From: a virus
DNA length: 64,000 nucleotides
Virus record (IMG/VR): IMGVR_UViG_3300034105_001195
Coordinates: 1 to 64,000 of that record
Reading direction: 5' to 3' (one strand)
Of the stretch, positions 1 to 9,653 are shown piece by piece (position 1 is the stretch's first letter; each line of letters starts with the position of its first letter). Under the pieces are notes generated by a model. That model was not told the origin of the DNA, made no database searches, and saw only the letters and a list, made by a program, of their open reading frames with translations. Position numbers and translations under genes: made by a program.

Positions 1-287
1 GACTCCTTTACTGAATAATATACGTTCTTTTTATTGTTATTTACCGTGCCTGCTTTATCCTTAGCAATAGTTGAATAGATAGAAGACATTACTGCAAACT
101 TAGTTGACATAGCCTGTAGTTCCATAATAAGCATAGGAGCTTTTGCTGAAGGGACATCGGGGTTCATAAGAAGCTTTACAACGATGGCCAAAGCCTTATC
201 CAGGTGCTCATCTTTCATAAACTCATGAAGGTCATTGAACTCTGTTATTTCGCTGATTAGCTCAAGAGTATTTTTATCTTGCGTCAT
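1..287 (-). CDS. Hypothetical phage protein, partial (runs off the window edge)
   Basis: Read by hand: ATG at 287, MTQDKNTLELISEITEFNDLHEFMKDEHL..., open to position 1. Not in the ORF track because no stop lies within the window. Confidence 0.7.
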   Translation of the reverse strand, partial: MTQDKNTLELISEITEFNDLHEFMKDEHLDKALAIVVKLLMNPDVPSAKAPMLIMELQAMSTKFAVMSSIYSTIAKDKAGTVNNNKKNVYYSVKE

Positions 288-381
288 TTTTAATATCCTT
301 ATCTAGTTTGTCTATAAATAAACCCAACGGGTATCCGATCAAAAACCCTATTGCAATACCGCAAATCAAAAACAATTCCAT
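274..381 (-). CDS. Small single-pass membrane protein (35 aa)
   Basis: Read by hand: MELFLICGIAIGFLIGYPLGLFIDKLDKDIKNDAR; TAATG overlap with the upstream gene. Confidence 0.55.
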   Translation of the reverse strand: MELFLICGIAIGFLIGYPLGLFIDKLDKDIKNDAR

Positions 382-539
382 TATGCAAACCTTCCAACTA
401 AACCATATCCCAGCCATAATCCAAAGATTCCCATGAGTCCAGCAAATACTGGTGGCGCTGGTACTGGCAACTTAAACAAAGCAAAAACAATGCCTACTCC
501 TGCGCCTGTAAGTGTTGTTAGAAATACTTCTTTAATCAT
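381..539 (-). CDS. XapX/DUF1427-like small membrane protein (52 aa)
   Basis: Read by hand: MIKEVFLTTLTGAGVGIVFALFKLPVPAPPVFAGLMGIFGLWLGYGLVGRFA; the LPVPAPP motif between two hydrophobic helices is typical of the XapX domain. Confidence 0.75.
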   Translation of the reverse strand: MIKEVFLTTLTGAGVGIVFALFKLPVPAPPVFAGLMGIFGLWLGYGLVGRFA

Positions 540-837
540 GGTTCTCCTCATAAAACTGGATCAACTCTTCGAGAACTGACCACTCAATAATACCTAGTCT
601 AACCTTAGACTCTGCTCCTATAATAATCTTTAATGCTGGATACATATCTCTATTTACTTTAAAGGTATCCGTGCATATCTTTGCCCAGTTATCTTTGTTT
701 AAAGTAAAGGATGTTCCAGCTTCTTTATAATCTACAAGGAATTGCTTCCATTGAGCATCACCTTTCTGGTAATCCCCTCTTCCGCTGTTCTTCTGAGCCT
801 TAGCCCCGTCACGCTTTACTTCTGCTCTCTCTGACAT
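532..837 (-). CDS. Putative Holliday junction resolvase (PD-(D/E)XK nuclease)
   Basis: E..KR...KNSGRG..KGDA...LVDYKE pattern; lies downstream of recA. Confidence 0.6.
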   Translation of the reverse strand: MSERAEVKRDGAKAQKNSGRGDYQKGDAQWKQFLVDYKEAGTSFTLNKDNWAKICTDTFKVNRDMYPALKIIIGAESKVRLGIIEWSVLEELIQFYEENHD

Positions 838-1025
838 TATCCCACCGAATAAGAATTCTTATGTCCGTCTGGACATTCCCAAGATATCGTTGTAGTAACT
901 GCATCCCAAAAATATTCTGTTGAATCCTTTTCACACTTACTGCATGGCTTTGATCCGCCTATTTTCTCAAGCTCTGGAGAAAAGATACGCTCTGGTTGAT
1001 TAAGAAACTCATTAATGTTTGGCAT
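837..1025 (-). CDS. Small zinc-binding protein
   Basis: CSKC...CPDGH ligands; translationally coupled to its neighbours. Confidence 0.6.
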   Translation of the reverse strand: MPNINEFLNQPERIFSPELEKIGGSKPCSKCEKDSTEYFWDAVTTTISWECPDGHKNSYSVG

Positions 1026-2016
1026 TTATCTCGCCTATTAATTTGTCTACAACATCTGGATTTTCCTTTAAATACGCTACAGCCTTTGCACGTCCTTGAA
1101 AACGTTCTCCATTTACTGTATACCATGCTCCACCCTTTTCTACTATGCCGCACATTTCAGCAACATCTAAAGTTTCTCCAACACTGTCTACACCAAGAAC
1201 GTTCCCTTGATAGTAGAAGTCGTATTGTCCCGATAGATTTGGGGGGCCGAGTTTGTTGTAATCAACAATCCAGTTAACTGGTCGTCCAACCCTTTGTTCA
1301 ATGATCTTGTCGCCAACTTTAACCCCAGCCTTAATAGCATTCGCCTCAGCTTCAGACGACCAGAGTTTAATGACTGTGGAAGAGAAGAACTTGACTGCCA
1401 TGCCACCTGTGGGGATGTGACTAGCATGCATAGATCCAAATTGATTTCGTTGTTGTGAGATGAGAACAAGTAGTGTGTTTTTGTTTGCATAGTTTAACAT
1501 CTTGACTGCGTGGGTCATATCCTTTGCTTCAGCGCCGATTTGCTTAGTATCTTGCAAATCCTTCATTTCGTTTCCGTCTTTTTCAAAATAGATAGCAGGA
1601 AGCAAGGCTGAGATTGAATCTACTACAATCATATCAACTCCTGCGTCCATTAACTTGGTAGCAACATCAACCATATCATTAACAGTTTTTGCTGGTGAGT
1701 AAATAAGGGAAGAGGAATCTACTCCAAGTTGCTCTGCCCAAGATTGGTCGTAGGAAGCTTCTGCATCAATCCAAGCGCATGTCTTGCCTTCTTTTTGTGC
1801 AAGAGCAATCATCTGTAGGCAGAAAGAAGATTTACCAGCAGACTTATTACCCCATACAAGTACTTGTCTTCCGTAGCCCAGCCCTCCACGCAACGCAAAG
1901 TTTAATCCGATACTAGGAGTAAGTTGCTTTTCAACTTGGACATCCTGTGCAGACTGAACTCGTGCTCTTGTTTTTGGATCTAGCTTAGCTAAAATGCTGT
2001 CTATTTCTATTGTCAT
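1012..2016 (-). CDS. recA: RecA-like recombinase
   Basis: Walker A GNKSAGKS, WIDAE, Walker B IVVDSI, GG.AVKFFS and KGGAWY...FQGR motifs. Confidence 0.93.
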   Translation of the reverse strand: MTIEIDSILAKLDPKTRARVQSAQDVQVEKQLTPSIGLNFALRGGLGYGRQVLVWGNKSAGKSSFCLQMIALAQKEGKTCAWIDAEASYDQSWAEQLGVDSSSLIYSPAKTVNDMVDVATKLMDAGVDMIVVDSISALLPAIYFEKDGNEMKDLQDTKQIGAEAKDMTHAVKMLNYANKNTLLVLISQQRNQFGSMHASHIPTGGMAVKFFSSTVIKLWSSEAEANAIKAGVKVGDKIIEQRVGRPVNWIVDYNKLGPPNLSGQYDFYYQGNVLGVDSVGETLDVAEMCGIVEKGGAWYTVNGERFQGRAKAVAYLKENPDVVDKLIGEINAKH

Positions 2017-2036
2017 TTAAACTCTTTCTTTCCTAT

Positions 2037-2045
2037 AGTATAGCA
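2037..2045 (-). promoter_or_regulatory. Extended -10 promoter (TGCTATACT) upstream of recA
   Basis: TGnTAnnnT motif in the intergenic gap; the same motif recurs across the window. Confidence 0.5.
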
Positions 2046-2393
2046 TTAAAATAAATTTCCGTGAAGCCTTTGGCGTTCCTTATTTATATTCATTTTCTTT
2101 TCTAGAATTTCATCTAGGCTATGTAATACCTGTTCTTCATTTCTCATTGCAGCATAAATATCAAGTAGTCTAATTATTACATCTACCATTTCTTCTACAA
2201 TGCTTTCGCTTCCCTTTGACTTTCTGATAGCCTCCAACACTTCAGTTACTTCTGAATGTACTAGGGCTAACTTATTTCCGATCTTGTCATGGTTATATTC
2301 TCCATCCCAAAATCCTTTTTCTCTTGCGGTCTCGTGAAGAATGGCAGACAAAGCGTCTAGACCATACTCAGTTAGAATCTGATTCGACTCCAT
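2046..2393 (-). CDS. MazG-like NTP pyrophosphohydrolase
   Basis: SEVTEVLEA...EEMVD acidic all-alpha NTP-PPase motif. Confidence 0.8.
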   Translation of the reverse strand: MESNQILTEYGLDALSAILHETAREKGFWDGEYNHDKIGNKLALVHSEVTEVLEAIRKSKGSESIVEEMVDVIIRLLDIYAAMRNEEQVLHSLDEILEKKMNINKERQRLHGNLF

Positions 2394-2583
2394 TTTTCTC
2401 CCTTAAACTAAAAGTAAATGACGGGCCTTCCTCGTCATAATCTATAACTAAATCCTTATTGCTTACATTGACATCTAGGAATCTAAGGGTCGGAACCGTT
2501 AGCTTTCCATATTCTTCAAGTAGTGCGACTAGAACCTGATTCATACTAATTGAAGTAATTAAACCATCAACATCTTCTGTCAT
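2368..2583 (-). CDS. Hypothetical protein
   Basis: Fills the gap between dnaE and the MazG-like gene with overlapping start/stop codons. Confidence 0.7.
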   Translation of the reverse strand: MTEDVDGLITSISMNQVLVALLEEYGKLTVPTLRFLDVNVSNKDLVIDYDEEGPSFTFSLREKNGVESDSN

Positions 2584-5500
2584 TTTATTTCCTTTACCAT
2601 TAAGGTTCCATCATCCAAAGTCGATAGAACAACATTACACTTCATACCTTCTCGCATCTTAGCAAGAGACATCTTATACATTGTTGGGAAAGCAATTACT
2701 CTAGTCAATTCTTTTTGTGCATTTGAAAGAATTATATGGCTCATTGTCTTGCCAGCCTTTGTTACGTATGGAGTAAAGTCTACTACAATATACTCGTCTT
2801 CGTCAAGGTCATACTGCTTCTTATATAGATAGTCTACAAATGAGTTGGACCCTGTTGGGTCAATCTCGCTAACCTTTACATAACGTGCAATTCTATTATC
2901 TCCTACAAGAATAAAATACATCTGGCCCGTCTCGATTTGAGTTTGCTCTGTATGGAATAGACCAATCGATCCTGTTTCATCTACAAGCTCAATACGTGCC
3001 CATCCATTACCACGCTTAATTGATTTAACCATGCCAAACATAACGAATGAACCTAAGTCCTCAAACTCTTCAATCGGTCTTGCTTGTGACTTAATACGTG
3101 GTGGAATTCCCTCTAGGTTAAATGTAGGTATACCTAGATACTCGTAGTAACTATCTTTTTCATTTCCGCTTCTAGGGTTATCTGGGAATGCCGCCGCTCC
3201 GATTGCATTTAAAGCAGAGATGGCACGACTATTGATTCCGCTACCTTTCTTGGAAGCTTTATCGATAAACTCTGAATAAGAATTAAAAGGTCTATGATCA
3301 ATGATCTTGTTAGCAATACTATCTGAAATAAACTTTACTTCTCCAAGACCGAATCTAATCGAGTCTTCCTTTAAAGAAAAGAATACATCTGATTCATTGA
3401 TATGCGGAAGTTTAATGCTAAGCTTTAGTCGCTTTGCTTCAATTAGATATTCCGTTCTCGCATCTTTGTCATTTTCGTTCTTAAGAATCGAGAACATAAA
3501 TTCCAAAGGATAATAAGTCTTGAGCCAAGCAGTATAATAAGAAAGCATAGAGTAAGCAACAGCATGGGAACGGTTAAAAGAATAACCAGCATGAGCCTCG
3601 AAAGTATGCCAGAGCGTTTCGGCTTGCTTCTTAGAAATGTGTTTTGAAGCCCCATCAATAAACCTATCTTTGAATTGGTCGAACTCTTTTGCATCTTTCT
3701 TCTTTCCAATAATCTTGCGGACCTTATCAGCCTCTGACCAAGTCATACCTCCCAAGTGTACGCATGCCTGCATAACTTGCTCTTGATATATAATAACACC
3801 GTATGTATTCTCAGTAAAAGGCTTCATAATTGGATGGATAAACTGGACTGCTTCATCCCCGTGCTTACGCTTAATATAGGAAGCGCCTACTGTATTCATG
3901 GCTCCTGGACGAACCAAAGCATTTGATGCAGCAAGATCTTCAAACTTATCTACACCCATCTTGATTAGCAAATTAGTATAAGGGGTTGCTTCTGCCTGAA
4001 ACACTCCCTTTGTATATCCTTCGCTTAGTACCTTGTAAACATCTGGATCATCAAGAGTTAGCGCAGAAAGATTAATATCTTTCCCTGAACGCTTTTTAAT
4101 TGAAGCAAGGGTATCTGAAATTACAGATAAGGTCTTAAGTCCTAGTGCATCTAGTTTAATAAGACCTATATCCGCAACCGTATCCATATCGTATGCAACG
4201 ACAGGAATTCTACCTGATACTAAATCACTTGCATCAGCTCTTGATTCAACAGGAGCATACTTTCTTAAATCATCTTTTGCAACTACAACACCTGCAGCGT
4301 GTACGCCAACAGATCTAATTCTTCCACGCAGTCTATCCGCAAGCCACAGGACTTCAGGGTACTTAGTTCTAAACTCTTTAGTATTTGGTGATTCAACAAA
4401 GTCTTCAAAGGTATCGATAGATTTCATTGCACGGTTAACATCTGAAAGAGGAACCATGAATACACGAGCAGCATCTCTAATTACACCCTTATCTTTAAAG
4501 TAAGTGTATGTTGAAATAGATGCAACGTGCTTAAACTTCTTCTTTAAATAATCTTTAACTTCTTTACGACGACGGTCTTCAAAGTCTGTATCAATATCGG
4601 GAAAGTCATTACGTTCTGGGTTAATGAAACGGAAGAACAGCAGGTCATATTTAATTGGATCTACATCCGTAATTCCAAGCGCATAACAGACCAATGAGCC
4701 TGCAGCGGATCCACGACCTGGGCCTACCTTAATATCATTACTCTTTGCCCAGTTAATCATATCTGCTACAACTAGGAAGTATGATGCAAAGGACTTATCT
4801 TTAATTACAGATAGCTCTTCTTTAAGCCTATCAATGTAGACTTGAGAGTCTTGTAGGCCTAGCCTTTTAAGGCCTTCAGAGGCCATCTGAGACAACTTCT
4901 CGTCGGCATCTGTCTTAGGGACTGGGAGCAGGTCTAAACCACTGTTAAAATCGTATTCCTGAACTTTATCTGCAATCTCCATAGTATTCTCATATATATC
5001 TGTACGAGTAATACCAGCCTTATTGAAGTCAGCCTCAATTTCATCTCTTGATTGAATGAATAGATTGTAGTCTTGAAAGGATATTCTACGGTCTGGATAT
5101 AGGTAATTTAGTCTTTCATTAATATCTTTAATCTGTCTAGACATTTCAAAGTCAGCATCTTTATCCATCTTAGGAGATGTCGACAATATGAGCATTGCCT
5201 CTTCTAGGACTCTATCTTCTTCTTTAGCAAAGTGAGCATCTCCTGTTGCCACCGCCTTAATTTTAAGTTCATCCGCTAATTCTAATAGGGCAGAGTTAAT
5301 TGGTTCAGGGTTATGGGATTGAACCTCAACATAAAAGTCTGGGCCAAATGTTTTCTTAAATCCTTCAAGGAGAGTTCTGGCTTCATCTAGACTGCCTCTA
5401 TCAATAGCCTTACTAATTAATCCATTAAGACATCCGCTCAAAACAATAATGCCTTCGCTATATAGATCTAATACTTCTCTATCAATTCTAGGCTTATGAT

Positions 5501-5849
5501 AAAAGCCTTCGTTCCAAGCAAGCTCTTGGAGAGTATTGATATTCTCTAATCCCTTTTTATTTTTTGCTAACAGGATGATATGGTTATACGCTTGAATAGA
5601 TTTGTCTGTCTTTGAAGCCTTGTCAAATCTATCTGTTGGAGATATGTAGGCTTCTACTCCAAGGATTGGCTTTATGCCTTCTTCTTTACAGGCAATTTGC
5701 ATTTCACGGTGTGATGATAATGTACCGTGATCTGTAATTGCTATTGCTGTCTGCCCCGCCTCTTTTGCAGCACGAACAAGTTCGAGGGGAGAGTTAAGAC
5801 CATCCATTAAAGAATAGTAGGAATGCACATGCAAATGTGTAAATTTCAT
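2580..5849 (-). CDS. dnaE: DNA polymerase III alpha subunit (family C)
   Basis: PHP domain HLHVHS/ITDHG; GPGRGSAAGS; catalytic FPDIDTDF; GYSFNRSHA; C-terminal OB fold. Confidence 0.97.
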   Translation of the reverse strand: MKFTHLHVHSYYSLMDGLNSPLELVRAAKEAGQTAIAITDHGTLSSHREMQIACKEEGIKPILGVEAYISPTDRFDKASKTDKSIQAYNHIILLAKNKKGLENINTLQELAWNEGFYHKPRIDREVLDLYSEGIIVLSGCLNGLISKAIDRGSLDEARTLLEGFKKTFGPDFYVEVQSHNPEPINSALLELADELKIKAVATGDAHFAKEEDRVLEEAMLILSTSPKMDKDADFEMSRQIKDINERLNYLYPDRRISFQDYNLFIQSRDEIEADFNKAGITRTDIYENTMEIADKVQEYDFNSGLDLLPVPKTDADEKLSQMASEGLKRLGLQDSQVYIDRLKEELSVIKDKSFASYFLVVADMINWAKSNDIKVGPGRGSAAGSLVCYALGITDVDPIKYDLLFFRFINPERNDFPDIDTDFEDRRRKEVKDYLKKKFKHVASISTYTYFKDKGVIRDAARVFMVPLSDVNRAMKSIDTFEDFVESPNTKEFRTKYPEVLWLADRLRGRIRSVGVHAAGVVVAKDDLRKYAPVESRADASDLVSGRIPVVAYDMDTVADIGLIKLDALGLKTLSVISDTLASIKKRSGKDINLSALTLDDPDVYKVLSEGYTKGVFQAEATPYTNLLIKMGVDKFEDLAASNALVRPGAMNTVGASYIKRKHGDEAVQFIHPIMKPFTENTYGVIIYQEQVMQACVHLGGMTWSEADKVRKIIGKKKDAKEFDQFKDRFIDGASKHISKKQAETLWHTFEAHAGYSFNRSHAVAYSMLSYYTAWLKTYYPLEFMFSILKNENDKDARTEYLIEAKRLKLSIKLPHINESDVFFSLKEDSIRFGLGEVKFISDSIANKIIDHRPFNSYSEFIDKASKKGSGINSRAISALNAIGAAAFPDNPRSGNEKDSYYEYLGIPTFNLEGIPPRIKSQARPIEEFEDLGSFVMFGMVKSIKRGNGWARIELVDETGSIGLFHTEQTQIETGQMYFILVGDNRIARYVKVSEIDPTGSNSFVDYLYKKQYDLDEDEYIVVDFTPYVTKAGKTMSHIILSNAQKELTRVIAFPTMYKMSLAKMREGMKCNVVLSTLDDGTLMVKEIK

Positions 5850-5872
5850 TTAACTCTCCGCCTCTTAACCTA

Positions 5873-6538
5873 TTACCAGTCTACGCTACTTGAAGAAGTA
5901 GACTCTTCGCCATTTGCTTCACCAGCAAAAAATGCTTCTTGCTCTGTGTATGGCATGTCACGCACTGCTGTATCCTCAAGCTGATAAAGCTCAAGTGATG
6001 AACCATCAAATGGTGCTTCATCTTTTGCAAGCGGGATAATTGTGTAACTTGTGTCTGTCTTTGTACCAGTACGCTTGATGCGCCACATTAGGTTAGTAAT
6101 GCTTCCCATCTCTCCAGCATACTCAATAAGTGTTGGTGTGATTGTCTTACCACTTGAACCCTGAGACAAGATTCCTACATAAGGATCTTCCTTGCCATCA
6201 TCTACAAGAACATTAATGTAAAGTCGTGAACGACCCTTCCATCCTGCCTTGTAATCCTTGCGGTGTTGTTCGCAACCGTAGCACTTACCTTGGTCTTCCA
6301 TTGTGCATAGGGCCTTACGGCGATAGTCTTTTGGATTTGTGTGTTCTACTGCAATAAATCCAAGACCTAGTTTTTCATTGTAGGTAGGTGAGTCTGGATC
6401 AAGTTCTTGAAGAAAACGAACTTTAACGCTTTCTGCATCCTCTAACTTAACCCAACGAGCCTTTGTACCGTCTCCACCTGAAGACTGTGGCTTGTCCATT
6501 ACTTTGTTAAGGTCTTTCAACCCTCTTACTATTCCCAT
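5873..6538 (-). CDS. Single-stranded DNA-binding protein (T4 gp32-like)
   Basis: VRFL...H...C...CYGC zinc site, RTGTKTDTSYT and an acidic tail ending in W; lies in the replication operon. Confidence 0.75.
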   Translation of the reverse strand: MGIVRGLKDLNKVMDKPQSSGGDGTKARWVKLEDAESVKVRFLQELDPDSPTYNEKLGLGFIAVEHTNPKDYRRKALCTMEDQGKCYGCEQHRKDYKAGWKGRSRLYINVLVDDGKEDPYVGILSQGSSGKTITPTLIEYAGEMGSITNLMWRIKRTGTKTDTSYTIIPLAKDEAPFDGSSLELYQLEDTAVRDMPYTEQEAFFAGEANGEESTSSSSVDW

Positions 6539-6591
6539 GTTTCCTCATTTCATATAGTTGATGGTGTATATCCATCTTTAGTTTGTTTTTA

Positions 6592-7590
6592 TTATGGGGT
6601 CCAAGATCTGTATTCTATGTCTGACACTGCATTTTTAATACAGCTTTTAATTTCTTCGTCAGTCATATCACCAGCATCTTTTGCATCATGTGGATATATC
6701 TTACCATATTCGTAAGAAGCCCACAAGAGGTCTTTATTCTTTAATCTATTGGCTATGCTCAAGCCTAGCTCTCTGCCTGCCAAATCTGCGTCTGTCATTA
6801 CTGTTATCTTATTAAAATATCTATTTAAAAGCTTGTGCTGCTCTGTCGACAATACCCCACCAAGCACTGCTACTACGTTTGGAAATCCAGCTTGATGTAT
6901 TCTAATTGCATCAAAGTTAGACTCAACTACAATAACATGCTCACCAATTCTCTTAGCACGGTGTACATTAAATAAAGTTTTGCTCTTAGGCAGGTTGGTA
7001 CTATTCTTAAATGACTTGCCTTCAATTGATCTTCCTACCAAACCAATGGGGGTTCCGTCTGGACTATGTACTGGAGTAATAACCATATTCATTGAAGTAG
7101 AATATCCCAATCCGAAATGGTTCATAGACTCTTCATTAATACTTCTTGATTTAAGATAGTCTTTTGCGCTTTGGCTTGCTAAAAGATCTGTATGAAGTCT
7201 ATCTAAGGTCTCTTGTGAAAACTCTTCGAAGTCTGGTTTTTCTTCAAACATATTTGCCATAATCTCATCAAAATTATTTAGGGCCGCTTGCTCTTGCGTT
7301 GCAATAAATCTAATTGCTTCGAAGTCATTTTTGTGCAGCACACGTCTAACTAATTCAGTTAATGTTCCAGACTCTCCGCATGATGGATTAAAGCATAGCC
7401 ATACCCCTGAAGATTTGTTTATGCAGCAACTTGCAGTATGTCTATTAGAATGAAACGGGCAGTAAAACATAACCTCATTACCTGGTTCCGCAACTATATC
7501 TAAGCCTAAAGCTTTTATTACTGACTTGATATGGTTGGGCGCATATTGCGTGGAATCAATTTTCCTTGCGTTATACCCTCTGATAGCCAT
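6592..7590 (-). CDS. dnaG: DNA primase (DnaG-like; CHC2 zinc finger + TOPRIM)
   Basis: CPFH...CFNPSC zinc finger; VVESNFDAI and MTDADLAG TOPRIM motifs; KDAGD. The start is probably at MAIRG (7590); the ORF track extends to 7641. Confidence 0.9.
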   Translation of the reverse strand: MAIRGYNARKIDSTQYAPNHIKSVIKALGLDIVAEPGNEVMFYCPFHSNRHTASCCINKSSGVWLCFNPSCGESGTLTELVRRVLHKNDFEAIRFIATQEQAALNNFDEIMANMFEEKPDFEEFSQETLDRLHTDLLASQSAKDYLKSRSINEESMNHFGLGYSTSMNMVITPVHSPDGTPIGLVGRSIEGKSFKNSTNLPKSKTLFNVHRAKRIGEHVIVVESNFDAIRIHQAGFPNVVAVLGGVLSTEQHKLLNRYFNKITVMTDADLAGRELGLSIANRLKNKDLLWASYEYGKIYPHDAKDAGDMTDEEIKSCIKNAVSDIEYRSWTP

Positions 7591-7817
7591 GCCTTCTTCT
7601 TTCCTACGTATACTCCATAGAGTGTCATTAAGAACACCCAAGTTTGTCCGTCAAAGTCTATCGAAAAACTAGTGTCTATGTCAAGTACTCTGACATAACC
7701 TTTGCTTCTCATATCGTGAGTCAGCATGCTTTCGTACTGGTATCTTAATCTAGGTATACCAGAATCGTCAGCAAACTCAACCCTTACTTGAAATCTTTTT
7801 ATCTGTTTGTGGTTCAT
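7518..7817 (-). CDS. Hypothetical protein overlapping the helicase end and primase start
   Basis: ORF in the track; likely start MNHKQIKRF at 7817; protein-like composition. Confidence 0.6.
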   Translation of the reverse strand: MNHKQIKRFQVRVEFADDSGIPRLRYQYESMLTHDMRSKGYVRVLDIDTSFSIDFDGQTWVFLMTLYGVYVGKKKAWLSEGITQGKLIPRNMRPTISSQ

Positions 7818-9045
7818 CTTTTTGGAATGGATTCTCGTAAATCTCCTTGACGATACCACGGTTGATATCCCAGTCTAGATAGAAATTAAAATCATGACCG
7901 TGTCTATTCTTGCGAGAGACAATCTCAATCATATTAGTTTGTGGGTATCTGTGAACGGCTAGAGCCATATCAGCATCATACTCAATTGCCTTTGACCAAG
8001 CAACTTGGCTCATCATTGGCGGATTATCTTGATCAGATACATCATCTGCCGTGGCTGCAGTAATATCAATAATAGGAATGTTGTTTGATACGGCAAGCAT
8101 TTTGAACTCACGAGAAACGTTTCTATTTCTTTCTACTTCAGAGTTGCTTCGCTTGTTGTCATTAAATAGCTGGTGGTAATCTAGGATAACTAGGTCTGGC
8201 TTATGCTGATCTATCTTACCTTGGATCGTTGCAGGTGTTACTTCTGATGCACCTTCATTTGAGATTAGAACAAAACTATTCTTCCCCTCAAACTTTTTGT
8301 TTCCCCAGTTACGGAAATCATCAATGTTAATATCACCTTTTGACAAATCACTTGCACGGAAAATACCTGAGCCAAGCATTGTAAAGATACGGTCACGCAT
8401 ATTCTCTGGTGACATTTCAAGAGATACAATCATTGGCTTAAAGCCCTGCTCCCAAGCCTTGCAAGCAAGGTATGAAGTAAACCAAGTCTTACCTTTTCCT
8501 GGCCAACCAATAGCAACGATAAGATGTCCTGGAGCCATTCCTGTTGGGTATGCTTTATCAATTGCTTCAAACCCTGTAAGAATTCCTGGAGCGCCTCCCA
8601 TAACGGAAGATCTCTCCTTAACTGCTTCATAGTGTCGTGCTGCATTTTCTACATCAATAATATCTAAGTCACGAACATTGTTTGTAAATCTGCTTAGGTT
8701 TGCTAAGTCGCTTTGCATTTGTGCAAGAACTCTAGATGCTGCATCTTCTTTGAGTGCAGATCCTCCACGCAAGATAATAGTTTTTAGTTTGTTTGAGATA
8801 AACTCATTCTTTAATATGTCTAGATAGTATCCAGTCTCCGCCTTAGCCTCTACTGGCTCAAAGTCCTTATGACGTTCCATAAGAACGCCTGCTTCTGGCA
8901 CTGCCTTAAACTTGTAGTAGTATGACTTTAGGCTTTCCCATATGTCTCTATGTGATGTAAATAGCTCATCAACGTTATCTGCAAGTAGTGTACTGATATC
9001 TTTATTCTTACACACCGCAGAGATTAAGGTTGCTTCTGTATTCAC
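7777..9045 (-). CDS. dnaB: Replicative DnaB-like helicase
   Basis: GWPGKGKT Walker A, SLEMS, VILDYHQL, IEYDAD and RKNRHG motifs. Confidence 0.93.
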   Translation of the reverse strand: MNTEATLISAVCKNKDISTLLADNVDELFTSHRDIWESLKSYYYKFKAVPEAGVLMERHKDFEPVEAKAETGYYLDILKNEFISNKLKTIILRGGSALKEDAASRVLAQMQSDLANLSRFTNNVRDLDIIDVENAARHYEAVKERSSVMGGAPGILTGFEAIDKAYPTGMAPGHLIVAIGWPGKGKTWFTSYLACKAWEQGFKPMIVSLEMSPENMRDRIFTMLGSGIFRASDLSKGDINIDDFRNWGNKKFEGKNSFVLISNEGASEVTPATIQGKIDQHKPDLVILDYHQLFNDNKRSNSEVERNRNVSREFKMLAVSNNIPIIDITAATADDVSDQDNPPMMSQVAWSKAIEYDADMALAVHRYPQTNMIEIVSRKNRHGHDFNFYLDWDINRGIVKEIYENPFQKDEPQTDKKISSKG

Positions 9046-9359
9046 TCTTCGCCCTCTACCATCTTTTTTGTTTCTTCTAAAAGGATACTGCGTACTGCCC
9101 TATCCTTCTTAATCTCTTTTTCTAGGCTGTCTATTCTGTCAAAGTTGTTGTAAAAAAAGTTTAGCGGATGACCAGACTTTGATGTTTTAAAGTAATACTT
9201 TAACAACTCAACTGCACGGTCATATCCTACACTATCAATGACATCTTGCATAGCCCACTTCTCACGAAACTTATTTATTGTTACAACCTTGTTGTATCTC
9301 TCTTTATATAGGGAAAGGTAAAGGCTTATAAGAATATATGGCTGTTTCTCATTTGCCAC
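9042..9359 (-). CDS. Hypothetical protein (possible helicase loader by position)
   Basis: ORF coupled to dnaB; function inferred from position only. Confidence 0.6.
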   Translation of the reverse strand: MANEKQPYILISLYLSLYKERYNKVVTINKFREKWAMQDVIDSVGYDRAVELLKYYFKTSKSGHPLNFFYNNFDRIDSLEKEIKKDRAVRSILLEETKKMVEGEE

Positions 9360-9552
9360 TCTTGAGCTCTTCTTCTACCTCACGAGTCTTTTGAATAAGC
9401 TTGTCTTCAACAAACTTATAAACTCTTTCTGTTGCCGCATCAACACTTTCTCCAGAGCGGAGATCATCTTCAACGCCAACACCTATTTTGATGCTTTCGT
9501 AATTGCCTAAATTGCGTGTGAACGAGAGGTCCACCTTAACTCTAGTTGTCAC
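9349..9552 (-). CDS. Hypothetical protein
   Basis: TRNLGNYESIKI motif of small phage proteins; GTG start overlaps the upstream stop. Confidence 0.7.
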   Translation of the reverse strand: MTTRVKVDLSFTRNLGNYESIKIGVGVEDDLRSGESVDAATERVYKFVEDKLIQKTREVEEELKSGK

Positions 9553-9653
9553 TTGTGCTCCTTCATATGCCTAGATAAACTATCATGGGCGAATATGCCC
9601 CATCGCAATTCCCATTCTTTTCCACACGTAGGGCAAGTAATACTTCTATTCAT
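9549..9653 (-). CDS. C2H2 zinc-finger microprotein (34 aa)
   Basis: Read by hand: MNRSITCPTCGKEWELRWGIFAHDSLSRHMKEHK; coupled at both ends (TAATG, GTGA). Confidence 0.65.
   Translation of the reverse strand: MNRSITCPTCGKEWELRWGIFAHDSLSRHMKEHK

Noticed and set aside
6545-6585. Small GATGG/CCATC hairpin before the SSB gene as a gp32-style autoregulatory element
   Set aside because: Only a short stem with no pseudoknot evident; could be chance.
1012-9045. Inteins or introns in recA, dnaE or dnaB
   Set aside because: Protein lengths are normal and the motifs are contiguous; no intein splice-junction or homing endonuclease signature.
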